Assembly (NCBI GenBank): GCA_951406725.2
Contig: OX597817.1
Coordinates: 147,746,001-147,810,000, forward strand
DNA length: 64,000 nucleotides
Direction of reading: 5' to 3'
DNA from: Octopus vulgaris
Lineage: Eukaryota
This document shows positions 12,640 through 27,214 of the stretch, piece after piece. How positions within the stretch are numbered: position 1 is the stretch's first letter; each line of letters opens with the position of its first letter. The position numbers and the translations under genes were made by a program. The notes under the pieces are model-generated. The model had not been told where the DNA came from. It ran no database searches and saw only the letters and a program-made list of their open reading frames with translations.

Positions 12640-12912
12640 AGCAGAACACCATGACACCAAAGATACTTTGAAAGCTGCCATAGACAGAGTAATATCCAAA
12701 ATGAACTAGGGCCACTTGATTCGAGCATATAGATGATTTAGATCTCATATAGAAGCAGTTGTTGAAGCTGAAGATGGCTTTATTGAATACATTAAAGAAA
12801 AGATGGCTTATTTTTATCCTCGTAGCATTTTTTGATAAATAAAATTAATTATCTGTTATTATATATCTGCTTTTTATAAACATAAATCTGTCCTCAAAAT
12901 ATCTCACGCACC

Positions 12913-12915
<3 letters not shown>
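12640..12915 (+). mobile_element. Tc1/mariner-superfamily 3' fragment with right TIR
   Basis: Translates as HHDTKDTLKAAIDRVISKMN*GHLIRAYR*FRSHIEAVVEAEDGFIE, typical of a Tc1/DD37D C-terminus; ends caccctg|TA. Confidence 0.6.
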
Positions 12916-12977
<62 letters not shown>

Positions 12978-13062
12978 AAAGATAGATAAATGCATACAAA
13001 CACATATATGCACACACATGCACACACACACACTCACACACATATATAATTACGCACACATA

Positions 13063-13112
<50 letters not shown>

Positions 13113-13254
13113 TAGAAAGATAGATAAATGCATACATACATATATGCATTCATATATGCATATATATATATATATATATATATATTGAAAACACCTACAT
13201 ATAAAGATGCATTTAAATGTGTATACACAGAACATACACTGGCCAAAATAAGCT

Positions 13255-13500
13255 TCAAGTTCTTTCAGGCGGTTTCTTACAGTTCGTGGTGTAAAGCTGA
13301 TGTCAGTTTCATCAGATAATTGCTTGCAAATGTCTACTGCTGTTAGCATTCGGTTACCTTCAGAGAGCCTATGAATTCGCCGATCCATCTGTACTGTTGT
13401 ATTTCTCGGAGCACCCGTTCATTGTATTGGTCGATTTTTGTATTGGCCAATAGCATGGTAAAACTTCCATACTTGAACACAAGCTGTTTTGCTGCATCCT
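13255..13500 (-). pseudogene. Tc1-like transposase N-terminal HTH fragment
   Basis: GAPRNTTVQMDRRIHRLSEGNRMLTAVDICKQL..SFTPRTVRNRLKE resembles the GRPR motif plus second HTH of Tc1/Tc3 transposases. Confidence 0.65.
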
Positions 13501-13618
13501 AATTGATAATAATCATGAAAAACACATGCCATGCATACATAGAATTTGTGTACAAACACCAATTCCATGTATGCATCCATATACGGTCACACATAAACAC
13601 GCACATATGTTTATATAT

Positions 13619-14034
13619 ATTTCTTTACTACCCACAAGGGGCTAAACATAGAGGGGACAAACAAGGACAGACAAAAGGATTAAGTCGATTACATCGACCC
13701 CAGTGCGAAACTGGTACTTTATTTATCGACCCCAAAAGGATGAAAGGTAAAGTCGACCTCAGTGGAATTTGAACTCAGAACGTAGCGGCAGACAAAATAC
13801 CTATTTCTTTACTATCCACAAGGGGCTAAACACAGGAGGACAAATAAGGACAGACGCACAGTTTAAGCCGATTATATCGACGTCAGTGTGTAATTGGTAC
13901 TTATTTAATCGGCCCCGAAAGGATGAAGGGCAATGTCGACCTCGACGGAATTTGAACTCGGCGGAATGTAACGGTAGACCAAATACTGCCAAGCATTTCG
14001 CCCGGCGTGCTAACTTTTCTGCCAGTTCGCCGCC
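13619..14034 (-). mobile_element. SINE family B, dimeric copy
   Basis: Reverse complement of the head (ctgccagttcgccgcc) and two cores. Confidence 0.8.
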
Positions 14035-14919
14035 TTTATGTTTATATATGTATGTGTGTGTGTGAGTGTGTGTGTGTGTGTGTGCTTGTGTATGCGTGTG
14101 TGTGTGTGTGTGTGAGTGTGCGTGTGTGAGTGTGTGGGTGTGCCTGTGTGTCTGTGTGAGCATGTGCATGTGATTTTACGTCCACGCATATATTCTGTCA
14201 TATGTAGTTCACCTATATCGCATGCAGAGCTACATGTCCGTTTAAGCTTACGTACCTGCACATACATCTCAATAAATACATACATCCTCAATCATTCGGT
14301 ACACAATACATCGCGTGCATTGCCATATAAAAGGAATATGAATATGGTAAATATATATAAAGTAATTAAAAATATTTTGTTCGGGCAAAAATCGGTTGGA
14401 AAGCAGAAAGCCAAAATTCATAAAATGTATGAAGCACTGGGCCGGAAGGAAAGTCAAAGAGAAGCAGCGTGTACTGTGAAGAAATAGGGAATGGATAATT
14501 AACCTTACAGTACACACGCATTGTACCTTTATATACACGCACACTCACACGTATGTATATGCATATATATTGTACATGCAGATGTATCCATTTTGCGTTG
14601 ACTGCCGGAAAAAGAGCTGAGATTAATAATATTTCATTTGGATCGAGGTGTAACCACCCTGGAGACCCTGTCCACCCATAGGCTATACTCAGTTAGCAAG
14701 AGTCTCACAAGACTCCCCAAAATATCACACACACACACATACACCCATACACACACATGCATTTAATATGATATAATATCATAATATATACAATATATAT
14801 GTATAATGAAATATATATATGTATAATGTAATGTATATATATGTGCATATATATATATTGATAGAAATGATGCATGTATACATACATACTCTCATACATA
14901 TATATATATATATAGTTAT

Positions 14920-15260
14920 AGATATACATATAGACGACTGTTTCATAATCTGGACAGAATCTCTAAATACTCTGGAAGAGTTCAATATCCTCCTGAACAA
15001 CCTACACCCATCTCTCAAATTTACAAAGGAGATGAGTAGTACCAAATTACCATTCCTGGATATAATGGTAATTAAAAAAGACACCACCATCACCACAGAT
15101 ATATACTATAAACACACAGACACACATCCATACCTAAATTTTAAGTCGTGCCATCCACCACATACAAAACGTAACATCCCATACTGCCTAGCCAGAAGAA
15201 TTTGTACTATTGTAGAAGATGCAAATATCAGGAACAAACGCCTAATAGAACTAAGAGAAT
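14920..15260 (+). pseudogene. Penelope-like reverse transcriptase fragment (YIDD region to thumb)
   Basis: [68 protein letters not shown], a characteristic PLE RT C-terminal signature; flanked by TA-rich microsatellite on both sides. Confidence 0.85.
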
Positions 15261-15269
15261 TTGGATGTC

Positions 15270-16239
<970 letters not shown>

Positions 16240-16835
16240 TGTGTGTGTCTTGTACGTGTGTATGCCTTTATATACTGAAGATATTAAAAATTCCATATTA
16301 CTAAATATCCTTAAGACTTTGGGATGGTGAGAAGTGTTATCATTGTTTAGAATTACCAGGAGAACCTGAAGAAAAAAAATGAAGAAAGAAGAAAAAGGAT
16401 CAATCAACTCTTAGTCCCCTCAACGAATTTATCTTTCATCTGCAGGTTTGTATTGCAGGGTTGTATGCGTCACCGTTGCAAACAGCAGCAAAGGTGCTTT
16501 TGAAGAACGATTTGTTAACTTGTACTTTTAGGTTTTGGCGCTGCTGGGTACATCAATATAATACGGAGTCTAACCATGCTTCTTCAGCATGCTAGAAATA
16601 TTGGTTTCGAATTTTGGCAAATGGTCAGCACTTTCTCGTGAGGTGTATGTCGATCACATCGACCCAGTGCGCAAGTGGTACTTCATTTATCGACGCCGAA
16701 ATGATGAAAGCAATGAAATTATCGATGGAATTTGAACTCAGAACGTAAAGACGAACAAAATGCTGCTACGAATGGTAGAATTCTCAGCAAAAGCTCTTTC
16801 AAATTACAGTCAAAAATAAGAAAGTATACAATCGA

Positions 16836-17538
16836 TCATATAGTCTTGTATAACATAAAAAAGAACGAAATGGACGCGGTTGGAGCGTCTTCGATTAGAC
16901 ATCTACCAAATCAGAACTGACCCGGGGTTACATAGTACTCAAAGAGAATAGCTATTTGTAATGTTCTAACGCTGCTGGGAAATGGAGATAAGCAATGGAT
17001 GGCTTGAACAATCCTTGAGATACGAAGAATGAATAAATAATTAATGCATATACAAACTTTTTATATAATGGTTTCATTCGAAATTACAGTAAATAGTAGA
17101 GTACTACAACTGATAACATGAAATGAAGCCTTGCTCTCCAACTTTTTGGTTTTTGCTTTAACATTCATAGTTAAGTCCATGCTAGCCTCCACTTTCTGAG
17201 GTAAATGTTCAGTGTCTTTATTATCGTCATATAGTCTTGTATAGCATTAAAAGAACGAAATGGACACGGTTGGATCGTCTTTGATCAGACATCTAGCAAA
17301 TCAGAGCTCATCTGGGGTTACATAGCAACCTATAAGAGTGTAGTACTCGAAGAAAATAGCTATCTCTAATGTTCTAAAGCTGCTGGGAAATGAAAATAAG
17401 CAATAGATAGCTTCAACAATCCTTGAGATGCGAAGAATGAATAAATAATTAATGCATATACTAATAATGGTTTCCGACGGTTACAGTTGTGGAAGAGGAG
17501 TACAACTGATAACATGAAATAAAGCCTTGCTCTCCAAA
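16836..17538 (+). repeat. Diverged direct duplication of about 310 bp (16836-17141 and 17227-17538)
   Basis: Both copies run tcatatagtcttgtata...gccttgctctccaa with scattered substitutions and indels. Confidence 0.85.
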
Positions 17539-17539
17539 C

Positions 17540-18435
17540 ATCAAACAAAAAACATCAAACAAAAAGCAAAGAAGGCTTACATGAATAATATCGAAGACAA
17601 CTGGAAAGATAAACTCCTGCTTGGAAAATACCCTAACCGTCTGTTCAAGCCAGATATTGATCTAGCACAACAATGGCTACAAGAGACAGGTCTGAAAGGG
17701 AAAACAGAAGGTTTTGTTATTGCAGTGCAAGATCAGCTCTTACTTACCATAGACTACCATGCAAACGTCCTTAAAGACGGATCTGACCCCTCGTGCAGAA
17801 TTTACGGAAAATTCACAGAGACAATTGATCATACTTAGGGCTGCCCAGTCCTCGCTGAAAAGGAGTACCTCATAATACATGAGAGACGAGGGCAGTACCG
17901 CCACTAGAATGCTTGTAAATACTACAAAATTAAATCCCATGAAAAGTGGTACAGGCACCAGCCAGAAGATGTAGTAAATGGCGAGGGCGTCACCATCCTT
18001 TGGAACTTCCCAGTACAAACAGATAGAAAAATTGATTCCAATCGAACAGACATTGTGATCAAGGACTACAACAGAGGAACTTGTCTGTTAATAAATATGT
18101 CTGTCCCACAAAATCAAAATGACTCAAGAAAAGAATACACAAAGCTTTCTCACTCTAAAGATCTGCAGATTGACATCACAAAAATGTGGAAGCTTAGCAC
18201 TACGATAATACCAGTAGAAATTGGTGCATTGGGAATGATAAAGAAGGGAGCTGAGAAGTATATTAAGCAACTCCCTGAGCTACAATAGATAACCTTGATG
18301 GCTGGAATGGAATAAATCTGATGATAATTTTAGCATGCATAGCAAAACAAAAGTGCTCTTGCTACTCTTGGCCTCCGAGGATGCCCGGTAATAAGACAGC
18401 AGAAATAAAGTCATAATGAAAGGAAACCATAAATG
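17540..18435 (+). mobile_element. R4/Dong-like non-LTR retrotransposon 3' fragment (zinc knuckle plus RLE endonuclease), family 1
   Basis: GLKGKTEGFVIAVQDQ..PSCRI..ETIDH..GCPVLA, ILWNFPVQTDRKI.SNR.DIVIKD, KMWKLSTTIIPVEIGALG; contains stops; followed by (TAC)n(TAA)n. Confidence 0.85.
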
Positions 18436-18436
18436 A

Positions 18437-18495
<59 letters not shown>

Positions 18496-18516
18496 ATAAT
18501 AATAATAATAATAATA

Positions 18517-18560
<44 letters not shown>

Positions 18561-18629
18561 CATAATCATGATCTGCAGCCAATGAGGAAGATTATATCTG
18601 GAGGCTAGATATGCTAGAAATAATAGCTA

Positions 18630-18690
<61 letters not shown>

Positions 18691-18704
18691 GTAATAATGA
18701 TAAT

Positions 18705-18880
18705 CTTGAAAAGTACATGGAACAAATAGGGGCTGAAATAAGGGTGGAGCACTTGCAGAAAACATCACTGCTTGGAACCGCTCGAATACTCCGGAAGGTG
18801 CCCGAAAATAAGGAGTGTTACCTTAGTTCACTGGTAGGGACACCGTAGTACATCTCCAGCATTAGAAGCTATGCAAAGGC
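18705..18880 (+). mobile_element. R4/Dong-like family 2, short 3' end
   Basis: Closely similar to 19860-20040 (cttga..agtacatggaacaaatag...gaagct.tg.gcaaag); between (TAA)n arrays. Confidence 0.8.
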
Positions 18881-18899
18881 AACAACAACAACAACAATA

Positions 18900-18964
<65 letters not shown>

Positions 18965-18965
<1 letters not shown>

Positions 18966-20050
18966 GATATCGGTCCACCCATAAAGTGACACAGACAGAC
19001 TGCATGTACTAAGAAAAAGAGGGGGGAAGAGAATTGATTGGATGCGAACACATGATTAGAGCAGAAGAAAACAACATAGAATGATATGTAAAAAATTCCA
19101 CAGAACCGCTATTGTTAGAAGTAGGAAGGTCAGGCTTGTGTAGGATGAAAGATTGCAAAAGATAAAGCACTATACAAGAAATTGAAAACGAATGAAACTG
19201 AAAATAGGTGGGTAAAGAAAAGAATGCATGGTCAATTTCATAGGGATGTTGAAGATAAGACAGACAGAGAAAAAAGATGGCTGTGGATGACTAAAAGTGA
19301 TTTAAAACCTGAAACGGACGCTCTAATCTGTGCTGCCCAAGAGCAAGCACTAAGAACAAACTACATAAAATACAGAATAGACAACACATCTGAAAGTGAC
19401 AACTGCCGAATTTGTGGACGAAATGGTGAAACCGTATAGCATAGTACCAGCCAATGTACGCCACTAGCCCAGAAAGAATATGAGACCCCATGACAACATA
19501 GCAAGGATTGTCCATTGGACACTTTGTAACAAATATGGACTTGACAGAGCAAAAATGTGGTGTGGACATAAAACCGAAAGTATAATCGAAAATGATAACG
19601 CAAAGAGCCCGTGGGATTTTATGATTCAATGAGACTATGAGATAGAGAATATGAAACCAGACATAGTGTTAATTGAGAAAGAAAGCAAGCGATGCTGGAT
19701 CATATATATATCATGCCCAACTGACAAGGTATGAGATAAAGAAGAAAGAAAAGTCGATAGATATGACAGGTTATCTTGGGAGTTTAAGAAGTTGTGGTCG
19801 ATGTAAAAGGTGGTAGTATTATCAATAATTGTCGGAGCCCTGGGAAGAGTGAATAAAAATCTTGAGAAGTACATGGAACAAATAGAAGCTGCAATAAGGG
19901 TGGAGCACTCGCAAAAAGCAGCACTACTTGGAACCGCTCGAATACTCCAGATAGTGTTCGAAAAATGTGTGTTACCTTGGTTCACTGGCAGCGAACAGCT
20001 GAGACCGTAGCGCATCTCTAGCGTTAGAAGCTGTGTGCAAAGACATTAAA
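18965..20050 (+). mobile_element. R4/Dong-like non-LTR retrotransposon 3' fragment, family 2
   Basis: RLYVLRKRGGRELIG, WVKKRMHGQF, LKPETDALICAAQEQALRTNYIK..CRICGRNGETV, KPDIVLIEK, IIVGALG; (TAA)n on both sides. Confidence 0.85.
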
Positions 20051-20055
20051 ATTAC

Positions 20056-20112
<57 letters not shown>

Positions 20113-20202
20113 CAGAGCATCACAACAAATCACAGCACATACCCAAGGCACACAGAGCTGCGCTCGGTAGTGAAGTGAAAGCACGCTATAAAAATAAAAC
20201 TA

Positions 20203-20206
<4 letters not shown>
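20113..20206 (+). mobile_element. Probable 3' UTR stub of a further (TAA)n-associated retroelement
   Basis: About 95 bp of unique sequence ending aataaaactactg, embedded between two (TAA)n arrays. Confidence 0.4.
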
Positions 20207-20252
<46 letters not shown>

Positions 20253-20264
20253 TAATAATAATAA

Positions 20265-20295
<31 letters not shown>

Positions 20296-20735
20296 AAACA
20301 GTTAAATGATAAATAAAACATTAGCCTATAGCAGATGTTTCAAAACTTTCCACTCCGCGAATGTTCTTCGATAAATAATTATAGAACAATTGTCAATCAT
20401 TCAATTAAGGTTTTAATTCTTGACATTTCGCAATAAAAATATATTTATGATCATCATAATATATTTATGATCATAGTAATATATATTTATGATCAACGTA
20501 ATATATTTGTATGAACTAAATATCACATTTACTGTATACATATTTGGGTGAAATTAAGTCACAATTTCTCTCTGTGACATCTGATTTGTTACTCCTCTCC
20601 TGTTTATTCTTTTGAGTACTGCAACCAATGAGGAAGATTATATTTGGAGGCTAGATATAATAGAAATAATAGCTAAATACTCCTCGAACTTCATCATACT
20701 GTCTTTAGTCTCGCTGGCCCAATCCTATTCCAATG

Positions 20736-21115
20736 AAACAAGAGCACTCAGAGAGTGCAAGCCTTCACCAAGTCAACACCAACGTCCTCTCAACGATAAT
20801 CCGGAGATGATTTTTAAAATGCGAATATCTGAAATATACTCGATTGCTCTCACAAACGAGAATGCTAAAAATGAAACCGACCGCTCTAAAAAAAATTCAG
20901 TAACAAAAAAACGGAAAAAATTTACCCAGAATCCTTCTCCGGTATCGTATCGATCCCAAAATCTGAGTAGTTCGTACCAGTCACAAGGCCAAATATCCTT
21001 GAAAGTTTCATCCAAATCCATCCAGTGGATCTTAAGATATCTTACCCACAGACAAACAAACAAACAAACACGACTGAAAACAATACCTCCGCCTTCGCTA
21101 AGGTGGAGGTAATAA
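20736..21115 (-). mobile_element. Helentron-associated non-autonomous element (HINE/DINE-1-like)
   Basis: Minus strand: 5' tt..tacctccacc/ggcggaggta short inverted repeat, (GTTT/GTCT)n microsatellite, 3' sub-TIR remnant and gcactc-tct-gagtgc stem-loop before tt. Confidence 0.7.
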
Positions 21116-21649
21116 AGAGATAGTATGTTGTTAGGAGAATAAGTAATCAGCACAGAAAGTTAAGGGGATTATATTTGTTTGGACGAGAAGTCTGGAACCA
21201 ACTTCAAGTTAATGGTTGTGCACAAATAAAGATAAAACAAAAGGACTGGATTGTAGAGAATGTGAAATATGCTGAGGCTGTCAGTGCCTCCACTCAGATC
21301 AAAATCAATCATTGTACGTCAGAATATAGAGTCATTCATCTTGTTTCTGTTATTTATTTCATTGATTTAACTCTGACCATGCTGGAGCATCACTTTGAAG
21401 TATTTAGTTGAACAAATCTGCCCTAGTGTTTATTTTGTTTTTAAATTCTAGTACTTATCATATCAATCTCTTTGCTGAACCTAAGACACGGAGACGTCGA
21501 CAAACCAACACTGGTTGTTGAACGGTGGTAGGGACCAAACACAAACACAAAGAACACATGCACATACATACATGCATACATACATACATACATACATGGT
21601 ATGTATGGAATTAATATAGAGAATGCCCTGTTATTGGATGCGTATACAT

Positions 21650-22140
21650 ATACCAGTTCAAAGAATACTGGTGGAACATTCGCGTCAAAACAGCTCTGAA
21701 GTGTAAGCATAACAGGCCAGATATTGTTATTTGGGACTGGAAGAAAATGTATGTACATAGAGGTCAACTGTTCCGCTGATGTGAATACCTCTTTGAAAAT
21801 CAAAGAGAAAGAAGATAGCTATGGACAATTGCTTGGAAATCTCCAGCTTCTATATTTCGGTTACAAATTTACATTTATACCAATAATACTTGGAGCCCTT
21901 GGTTTTGTAAGCAAATGCCTACCTGCCAGTTTGGATAATCTTGGATTTTCAGAAAAAGAAATCAACCAACTGATTCGCACATTACAAATACAGTTTGAAA
22001 GCGGAACAGTAAAACTATGTAAGAATTTCCTCAGGTTTAAAATGTGAGATTCTTTTCGTTATCTACATTCCGTAGAGAGAGCTTTGTATCTTTCTTAGAA
22101 ACCAGCTCCTTCTTCAGAGGGAGAATTTAAATGATTAAAA
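21650..22140 (+). mobile_element. RLE non-LTR retrotransposon 3' fragment, family 3 (R4-like)
   Basis: EYWWNIRVKT..CKHNRPDI..IEVNCSADVN..KEKEDSYGQL..FIPIILGALG...LRFKM*, a PD-(D/E)xK endonuclease. Confidence 0.8.
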
Positions 22141-22518
22141 TCAGAAGAGAAATATACATACATACAGACATATATACTTGTGTACTTGCGTACATATACA
22201 CATACATTCATACTCGAAATGAAGAGTAGATAGACAGCCGACAACTGATGAAGGGTCGTTCTTTATGTTACTTGTCCTGTCTTCCATTTGTTTCTCTCGT
22301 TGTTTGCGTATTGAATTCATTTGTTTAATACATAACTTAGAAGCAGCGCTGCGGATGTGCCAAAACACAATTGCTTGAGACATGGCCGCTCACGCGCTTC
22401 TCATGAAGAATTCCCTAAGGAGCTTCGAGAGACCACTGCAGAGACGCTTTCGGAAAAAACAAAAATTTCAGTAACCGTTGGAAAATCGATTGTAGCAGTG
22501 ACTCGAGCAATTCCTAAC

Positions 22519-22559
22519 GATATCTGAAGAAGGAATTTTTTTATTCCGAAATATTAATC
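22519..22559 (+). ncRNA. Degenerate minimal hammerhead motif
   Basis: gatat-CTGAAGA-aggaat..attcc-GAAA-ta-TT-aatc; stem I imperfect. Confidence 0.4.
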
Positions 22560-22668
22560 TATCAGACTATGGATAATTAAATTATAAAAGTTATTATAGT
22601 CCATTGTTGTTATTATAGTGCATTGTTGTGCTATTCAAGACACATTATATTTTACATATAACATATAT

Positions 22669-22943
<275 letters not shown>

Positions 22944-23420
22944 ATGTATATATATATTTGTTTGTGTCTATGTTTGTTCCCTCAACATCGCTTGACAACC
23001 CATGTTGTTGTGTTTACTGACTAACATAGCAGTTCGGCAGAGGAGATTGATAGAATAAATACTAGGCTGACTAAAAAGCAGTGCTCCAGCATGGCTGCAG
23101 TCGAATGGCTGCAGTCGAATGACTGAAACAATTAAAAGAATATAAGAATATAGATATATTTGTGAGAGTGTGTGTGTGTGTGTGTGTGCGTGTGTGTGTG
23201 TGTGTGCGTGTGTGTGTTGTTGCCCCTCTATCGCTTGACAACTGATGCTGGTGCGTTTATATTCCCATAAATTAGCGGTTCGGTCAAAGAGACCGATAGA
23301 GTACGTGCTAGGCTTACAAAGAATAAGTCCTGGAGTTGATTTCTTCGACTAACTCTCTTTAAGGCGGTGCTCCAGCATGGCCACAGTCAAATGAATGAAA
23401 CATGTAAAAGAATATTCAAA

Positions 23421-24008
23421 GGCGCCGAGCTGGCAGAAACTTTAGCACGCCGGGCGAAATGCGTAGCCGTATTTTGTCTGTCGTTCCTTCTGAAGTCAAA
23501 TTCCGCCGAGGTCGACTTTGCTTTTTATCCTTTCGGGGTCGATAAATTAAGTACCAGTTACGCACTGGGGTCGATATAATCGACTTGGTCCGTTTGTCTG
23601 TCCTTGTTTGTCCTCTCTGTGTTTAGCCCCTTGTGGATAGTAAAGAAATAGTTATTTCGTCTGCCGTTACATTCTGAGTTCAAACTCCGCCGAGGTCATT
23701 TTTGCTTTTCATCCTTTCGGGGTTTATTAAATAAGTACCAGTTACGCACTGGGTACGATGTTATCGACTTAATCTCTTTGTCTGTCCTTGTGTCTTCCCT
23801 CTGTGTTTAGCCCCTTGTGGGTAGTAAAGAAATAGGTATTTCGTCTGAGTTCAAATTCCGCCGAGGTCGTTTTTGCCTTTCATACTTTCGGGGTCGATAA
23901 ATTAAGTACCAGTTTCGCACTGGGGTCGATGTAATCGACTTTATCCCTTTGTTTGTCCTTGTTTGTCGCCTTTGTATTTAGCCCCCTTGTGGGCAATAAA
24001 GAAATAAG
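23421..24008 (+). mobile_element. SINE family B, trimeric copy (preceded by two family A 3' halves at about 22960-23410)
   Basis: Head ggcgccgagctggcagaa plus three cores. Confidence 0.85.
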
Positions 24009-24952
24009 AATAAAAGAATATAGAATTACAAACAAGAAAATACTTTTTGTATTGTATAAGGCACGATTTTAAACGAGAATATCTTATAAGGACCCCCAAA
24101 TGTCATATGGACCCCAGTCGAGAACCATTGATCTACAGAAGCAATTGCTATCTTACATGTTTTAAACGGTCCATACCACTCTTTCATCATCGTAACTATC
24201 AAAGCTCTATTTAAAAATAACTACAAAAGAAGAATGAGATGTACAAAAACGTATTCTATATATAATATTCTTGACCGAAATATTATATATTTCCTCTTCT
24301 CACAATACAGCAGTCTTCTTTAGTACAAATTATTACATCTGATATCCTCCATAAATCTATTCTCATTGTAAACGGATTCTTTGTGAATGTATGCATCATA
24401 AGTTATAAATTCTTTGAAAAATTTAAACGTCACGTTTATGTCATGCTAGATGAGAGCCGAAGGCTGCTTTATCATTGTTGTTTATTATTTACATCGATCT
24501 ATCGATTTCCTCTCCGGTGTACAACGAATTTTTGGACGAGTGATTTGTTACAAATATATTTCCTACCATGGTACAATGCTCCAGGCATCAGAACCGAAGA
24601 AGCTAACAACTGTACTCTACACGGAATGTTTTAGTAAACGTTTTCCAGAGACATCATAATTCACATACAATACTAGTATTTATGTCTACTATCTATAGCA
24701 TTATATTGAATAAAAGTGGTAATAGCGAAACGTTCATAACAACTACAGCGACTGTTTATATATTTATTTATTTATTATGACTTTTCGAACAATAGCTTTT
24801 GTTGTTTTTGGTAACAAGTTTCCAACGAGTCAGTTAATGTTTCAGATTTTCCACATATCTTTTCTGATGGTGAGAATAAAAAAGTGGAGGTTTTGATTGC
24901 AACACGGGTGGAACAAATATCACAACAAGCTTCGTTAAAAGCACTGTTATAT

Positions 24953-25360
24953 TACTCTCTCTTTTACTCTTTTACTTGTTTCAGTCATGTGACTGTGGCC
25001 ATGCTGGAGCACCGCCTTTAGTCGAGCACATCGACCCCAGGACTTATTCTTAGTAAGCATAGTACTTATTCTATCCAGCTCTTTTGCCGAACCACTAAGT
25101 TACGGGGACGTAAACACAACAGCATCGATTGTCAAGCGATGTTGGGGGGGCAAACACAGACACACACACATACACACACACACATATATATATACATATA
25201 CACGACGGGCTTCTTTCAGTTTCTGTCTACCAAATCCACTCACAATGCTTTGGTCGGCCCGAGGCTATAGTAGAAGACGCTTGCCCAAGTTGCCACGCAG
25301 TGGGACTGAACCCGGAACTATGTGGTTCGTAAGCAAGCTACTTATCACACAGTCACTCCT
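24953..25360 (-). mobile_element. SINE family A, full length
   Basis: tRNA-like head, ccttgggcaag-type central motif, internal TA/GT microsatellite, (aaaagagt)n tail. Confidence 0.85.
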
Positions 25361-25440
25361 ATTTTTTTTTATTTTGCGAAAAAATTTTTTTGAAAAGATA
25401 GAGTGGAGCACTCGTGTTTATTATTAAAAGGATAGATTAG

Positions 25441-25875
25441 GCGGCGAGCTGGCAGAATCGTTAGCACACTGGACGAAATGCTTAGCAGTATTTCACCCGT
25501 CGTTACGTTCTGAGATCAAATTCCGCCGAAATCGAATTTGCCTTTCATCCTTTTAGGGTCGATAAATTAAGTACCAGTGAAATACTGCGGTCGATGTAAT
25601 CGCCTAACCCCCTCCCCAAAATTTCAGGCCTTGTGCCTATAGTAGAAAGGATTATTAAAAGGGTGGCTAAGGCGGCGACCTGGCAGAAGTGTTAGCGCAT
25701 CGGACAAAATGTTTAGCAGCATTTATTCCGGTTCTTTACGTTCTGCTTTCAAATACAATCAAGATCTTTGCCCTTCATCCTTTCATGATAAATACAATAA
25801 ATACCAGTTGAACACTGGTCGATATAATCGTCTTGCGCCCTTTCCTCAAAATAGCTAGCCTCTTGCCAAAATTTC
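25441..25875 (+). mobile_element. Two tandem monomeric SINE family B copies
   Basis: Heads ggcggcga.ctggcagaa at 25441 and 25671. Confidence 0.8.
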
Positions 25876-25878
25876 AAC

Positions 25879-26267
25879 GAGTGGCTGTGTGGTAAGTAGC
25901 TTGCTTACCAACCACATTGTTCCCGGGTTCAGTCCCACTGCGTGGCACCTTCGGTAAGTGTCTTCTATTACAGCCTCGGTCCGACCAAAGCCTTGTGAGT
26001 GGATTTGGTAGACGGAAACTGAAAGACGCCCGTCGTATATATGTCTATACAAATGTTTGTGTGTCTGTGTTTGACCCCCAACATCGCTTGACAACCGAAG
26101 CTGGTGTGTTTACGTCCCCGTAACTTAACGGTTCGGCAAAAGGGAACGATAGAATAAGTACTGGGCTTACAAAGAGTAAGTCCTGGGGTCGATTTGGTCG
26201 ACTAAAATGCGGTGCTCCAGCATGGCCGCAGTCAAATGACGGAAACGAGTAAAAGAGTAAAAGAGTT
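25879..26267 (+). mobile_element. SINE family A, full length
   Basis: A-box-like tggctgtgtggt, B-box-like gggttcagtccc, tail gagtaaaagagtaaaagagt. Confidence 0.85.
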
Positions 26268-26519
26268 TTAAAAGAGTAATTATTATAGAGAAGGACTACG
26301 AACTTCAGTAAAAGCGAGTCTGTTCTGTAAACTGTGTTCAGAAAGTTATCAGTGTCTTTAAGTAATGTATAAATTAAATTTAATATCATTTTCCTGTTCT
26401 TTTGGCAGAGATTTAAAAATATCAATATGATACATTTCTATATGTTTTATTAAGCTGGATAATCTCGAATTTCTGGTGGAGACAAATCTAATAACGATTT
26501 CACTTTATATATTATTTTG

Positions 26520-26880
26520 TTTCTTTCGGTCATTTCACTGCGGCCATGCTGGAGCACCGCCTTTAGTCGAGAAAATAGGCCCCAGGACTTATTCTTTGTA
26601 AACCTAGTATTTATTCTATCGGTTTTTTTCGCCGAAACGCTAAGTTACGGGGGACGTAAACTCACCAGCATCGGTTATCAAGAGATGTTGGGGGGACAAA
26701 CAGTCACACAAACATATATATTTATAAATATATACGACGGGCTTCTTTTAGTTTCCCTAAACCAAATCCACTCACAAGGCTTTGGTCGGCACGAGGCTAT
26801 AGTTGAAGACACCTGCCCAAGATGCCACGCAGTGGGATTGACACCCGGAATCATGTGGTTGGTAAGCAAGCTACTTACCA
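26520..26880 (-). mobile_element. SINE family A, near full length
   Basis: Reverse complement of 25879-26250. Confidence 0.85.
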
Positions 26881-27160
26881 CGGTTTTAATGTTTTAAAGA
26901 GAAGAATGCACACATTTCAATCCATTACAATCATGGAGCTTTGTCTTAAGTGAGATCTTTTATTTGTTTCAATGCTAGAGCACTGCCTGAAAAGGCTTTA
27001 GGTAAATAAATCGACTCCTCCCACCCTGTAATTAAATTTGTTTCTAGTCTGCTAATTGTTTTATTAGTTTCTATTTATCTAATGACAAGTTTACTGGCCG
27101 TAAACAAATGAACACCCATTGTCACGCAGAAGGGTTGCCAAACACAGACGAAGACATATA

Positions 27161-27198
<38 letters not shown>

Positions 27199-27214
27199 TG
27201 GACGCCTGTTGTTA

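Noticed and set aside
22205-22290. CTGATGA at about 22245 as a hammerhead core
   Set aside because: No downstream stem II-GAAA-stem III arrangement could be built.
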